Below, piece by piece: positions 61,379-64,000 of a stretch of 64,000 bases of DNA (positions are counted from its first letter, which is position 1; each line of letters starts with the position of its first letter). A program made the position numbers and the translations under genes. The DNA is from Methanobacteriota archaeon. Its GTDB lineage: Archaea; Halobacteriota; Methanosarcinia; Methanotrichales; Methanotrichaceae. The notes beneath the pieces were generated by a model. That model saw only the letters and a list, made by a program, of their open reading frames with translations. It searched no databases and was not told the DNA's origin. Location: the NCBI GenBank assembly GCA_029553285.1, contig JAKPCO010000106.1, forward strand, positions 1,921 to 65,920. Reading direction: 5' to 3'.

Positions 61379-61503
61379 AGTCTTATCCCACAGGCGTTAG
61401 ATTTACATGTCTGTGTGAGTGCTGGATCAGTTTTACAGCAGCTGCAGACCTGTTATGCAGCGCATTCGAAAGTCATATTTAAGAGGCGGCATACATGTGA
61501 TTG

Positions 61504-64000
61504 ATGGCAAGGCTCTCGCCGCTCATGGAGCAGTACTTCCGCATAAAGGAGCAGTGTCCAGATGCCCTGCTCCTCTTCAGGATGGGCGATTTTTATGAGA
61601 CGTTCGGTGAGGATGCCGTTACCGCCTCCAGAACGCTGAACATAACCCTCACATCGAGGCAGAAGGACGATGAGGGGAACAGGATCCCGCTCGCTGGCAT
61701 ACCCTATCACGCTCTGGACGTTTACCTCTCAAGGCTCGTCAACGCAGGCCACAAGGTGGCGATATGCGAGCAGGTCGAGGATCCAAAGCATGCGAAGGGG
61801 ATCGTGAGGAGGGAGATCACCAGGATAGTCACCCCCGGGACCGTGATAGAGCCTGCGCTGCTCCAGGAGAAGAGCAACAACTACCTCGCAGCTGTTCTTC
61901 CGGAGAACGGGCTCGCGGGGCTTGCGCTTCTCGACCTATCAACAGGCGATTTCATAGCATCTGAGGTTCCAGTCGAGCGGCTGAGATCCGAGTTGGCCAG
62001 GTTCTCCCCCGCAGAGTGTCTGGCCCCGCATGGCATATCTCTGGATGGCATGAGGGTGCAGCATCTCGATGTGGATCATTTCTCCATGAATGATACATCC
62101 TCGGGCGGGATACCTGGCGATCTTTATGAGAGAAATCCACTTTGCGCCCGTGCTGCCTGCGCGATAATCTCCTATCTGCGCGAGACCAGGATCCACTCCC
62201 TGGATCATATCAAGCCGATCCGGATGGTATCATCCTCTGAGTACATGCTTCTCGATGATATAACGCTGAGAAACCTGGAGATATTCAGGAATCTAAGAGA
62301 CGGAACCAGAAGCGGCACGCTCATGGAGATCCTGGATGAGACTGTCACGCCGATGGGCTCCAGGACCCTTGCGAGATGGCTCCAGATGCCATCGATGTCT
62401 CTGGAGGTGATTCGGAGAAGGCAGGATGCGGTTGAGGAGATGGTGAGAAGAACGATGATAAGGGAGGAGATCTCGGAGCTTCTCGAGGGTCTCAGCGACC
62501 TGGAGAGGATCATCGGGCGTGTCTCGCTTGGGAGCGCAGGGCCAAAGGATCTCGTGGCGCTGCGGGCATCGCTCCGCCGGATCCCAGAGATCTCACGGGC
62601 GATGAGCGGTCTGGAGTCGGAGTATCTCGCTGATATCAGAAAGAGGCTGGATTTGAATGAACTTGATGATCTGGAGGGTCTTCTTGAAAGGGCGCTGTCA
62701 GATGACCCTCCATCCTCGCCAAGGGATGGTGGCGTGATAAGGGACGGATACAGCACCGAGCTGGACGAGCTGCGCGCAGCGCTCAGAAGCGGGAGGAGCT
62801 GGATCGCGGAGCTCGAAACCTCTGAGAGGAAGAGGACGGGGATAAAGTCGCTGAAGGTCGGCTACAACAACGTCTTCGGTTACTACATAGAGGTCACGAA
62901 GCCGAATCTTCCAATGGTTCCGGACGACTACATAAGAAAGCAGACGCTCTCCGGTGCGGAGCGCTTCGTGACCCGGGAGCTGAAGGAGATGGAGAACAGG
63001 GTGCTCTCAGCTCAGGAGCGGTCGTCAGCGCTCGAGTATGAGCTCTTTGTCGATCTGCGGCGGCAGGTCGCATCCAGGACGAGATCCGTGCAGGAGGTTG
63101 CAGCTGCCCTGGGCGAGCTGGACACGATTCTGGGATTGACTAAGGCTGCTCTCCGGGGGGCGATGGTGAGGCCTCTGGTAGGTGCTGGCAGAGAGATAGT
63201 GCTCCGCGACTCCAGGCATCCGGTTCTCGATAGGGCAATGAAGGGCAGCTTCGTTCCGAACGACCTCACAATGGATGAGAGCAGCTGGTTCATGATACTG
63301 ACCGGCCCGAACATGGCAGGCAAGTCGACATTCATGCGTCAGGTCGCTCTGATAGTGATAATGGCACAGATCGGCTCGTTCGTTCCTGCATCATATGCGA
63401 AGATAGGCCTGGTCGACAGGATCTTCACAAGGGTCGGCGCAAGGGACGATCTCGTCTCAGGGCGATCTACATTCATGGTGGAGATGAGCGAGCTTGCGAA
63501 CATACTGGTCTCAGCCACTGAGAACAGCCTGATACTGCTCGATGAGATCGGCAGGGGAACGAGCACATTCGATGGACTGAGCATAGCATGGGCGGTTTCA
63601 GAGTATATACACTCCAGAATAAGGGCAAAGACGATCTTTGCGACACATTACCACCAGCTTACGCAGCTCAATCTCCCTGGAACAGTGAACTACAGCATGG
63701 CAGTGAAGGAGGAGGGGAGATCGATAACGTTTCTCAGAGCTGTTGTGCCAGGTGCGACAAACAAGAGCTACGGTATACATGTCGCCAGGCTTGCCGGAGT
63801 GCCGGAGCAGGTGATACGGAGAGCGGAGGAGCTTCTTGATATCATCGAGGAGCAGGCATCCATAGAGATCAGGAAGTGCAGATCAGGGGATAGACCAAAG
63901 AGGTACACCCAGCTCATATTCTTCAACCAGCCCGATACTCAGGACAGCGCCATACTCGAGGAGATAAGGAACCTCGAGCCTGAGGAGATAACACCGCTGC
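61504..64000 (+). CDS. mutS: DNA mismatch repair protein MutS (bacterial MutS1 type), 3'-truncated by the window edge
   Basis: Not in the ORF track because no stop is reached. Hand-translated N-terminus MARLSPLMEQYFRIKEQCPDALLLFRMGDFYETFGEDA. In-frame Walker A TGPNMAGKSTFMRQ at ~63300 and DEIGRGTSTFDG further on. Confidence 0.9.
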   Translation, partial: MARLSPLMEQYFRIKEQCPDALLLFRMGDFYETFGEDAVTASRTLNITLTSRQKDDEGNRIPLAGIPYHALDVYLSRLVNAGHKVAICEQVEDPKHAKGIVRREITRIVTPGTVIEPALLQEKSNNYLAAVLPENGLAGLALLDLSTGDFIASEVPVERLRSELARFSPAECLAPHGISLDGMRVQHLDVDHFSMNDTSSGGIPGDLYERNPLCARAACAIISYLRETRIHSLDHIKPIRMVSSSEYMLLDDITLRNLEIFRNLRDGTRSGTLMEILDETVTPMGSRTLARWLQMPSMSLEVIRRRQDAVEEMVRRTMIREEISELLEGLSDLERIIGRVSLGSAGPKDLVALRASLRRIPEISRAMSGLESEYLADIRKRLDLNELDDLEGLLERALSDDPPSSPRDGGVIRDGYSTELDELRAALRSGRSWIAELETSERKRTGIKSLKVGYNNVFGYYIEVTKPNLPMVPDDYIRKQTLSGAERFVTRELKEMENRVLSAQERSSALEYELFVDLRRQVASRTRSVQEVAAALGELDTILGLTKAALRGAMVRPLVGAGREIVLRDSRHPVLDRAMKGSFVPNDLTMDESSWFMILTGPNMAGKSTFMRQVALIVIMAQIGSFVPASYAKIGLVDRIFTRVGARDDLVSGRSTFMVEMSELANILVSATENSLILLDEIGRGTSTFDGLSIAWAVSEYIHSRIRAKTIFATHYHQLTQLNLPGTVNYSMAVKEEGRSITFLRAVVPGATNKSYGIHVARLAGVPEQVIRRAEELLDIIEEQASIEIRKCRSGDRPKRYTQLIFFNQPDTQDSAILEEIRNLEPEEITPL

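Overview
This 64-kb chromosomal window looks like it comes from a methanogenic euryarchaeon of the Methanosarcinales/Methanothrix type. That assignment is an inference from gene content: topoisomerase VI A/B, TiaS, TrmY, ribosomal protein S8e, membrane LonB and CDC48, plus a CofE-like gene and a two-subunit ATP-citrate lyase. I can support about 57 protein genes and 3 tRNAs (Pro-UGG, CAU, Thr-GGU). One of the genes is a 3'-truncated mutS that runs off the window end and is missing from the supplied ORF track. No rRNA, CRISPR array, transposase, integrase or recognisable defence genes are present. Most genes are housekeeping: DNA topology and repair, tRNA modification, proteases and transporters.

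The features that stand out are:
- **Short non-autonomous mobile elements.** There are at least three families. Family A has 10 copies of about 125 bp with CGCTCTTAT termini, six of them with perfect 8-9-bp target-site duplications. The families are nested within each other and concentrated in a 1.8-kb gene-free stretch between aclA and cdc48.
- **A tightly packed seven-gene cluster.** It runs ArsR, a secreted Cys-less tandem rhodanese-like protein, Acr3, a wHTH/Fe-S regulator, and DsrE/F/H-like proteins. This couples arsenite efflux to a sulfur-relay module.
- **A three-gene operon of secreted proteins.** It encodes a beta-helix protein, a paralogous Cys-less rhodanese-like protein and a subtilase, all sharing an Ig-like module.
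- **A DHPS-like gene translationally coupled to a CofE-like::cytidine-deaminase fusion.**

All functional calls rest on motif-level reading of the translations. No database search was possible.
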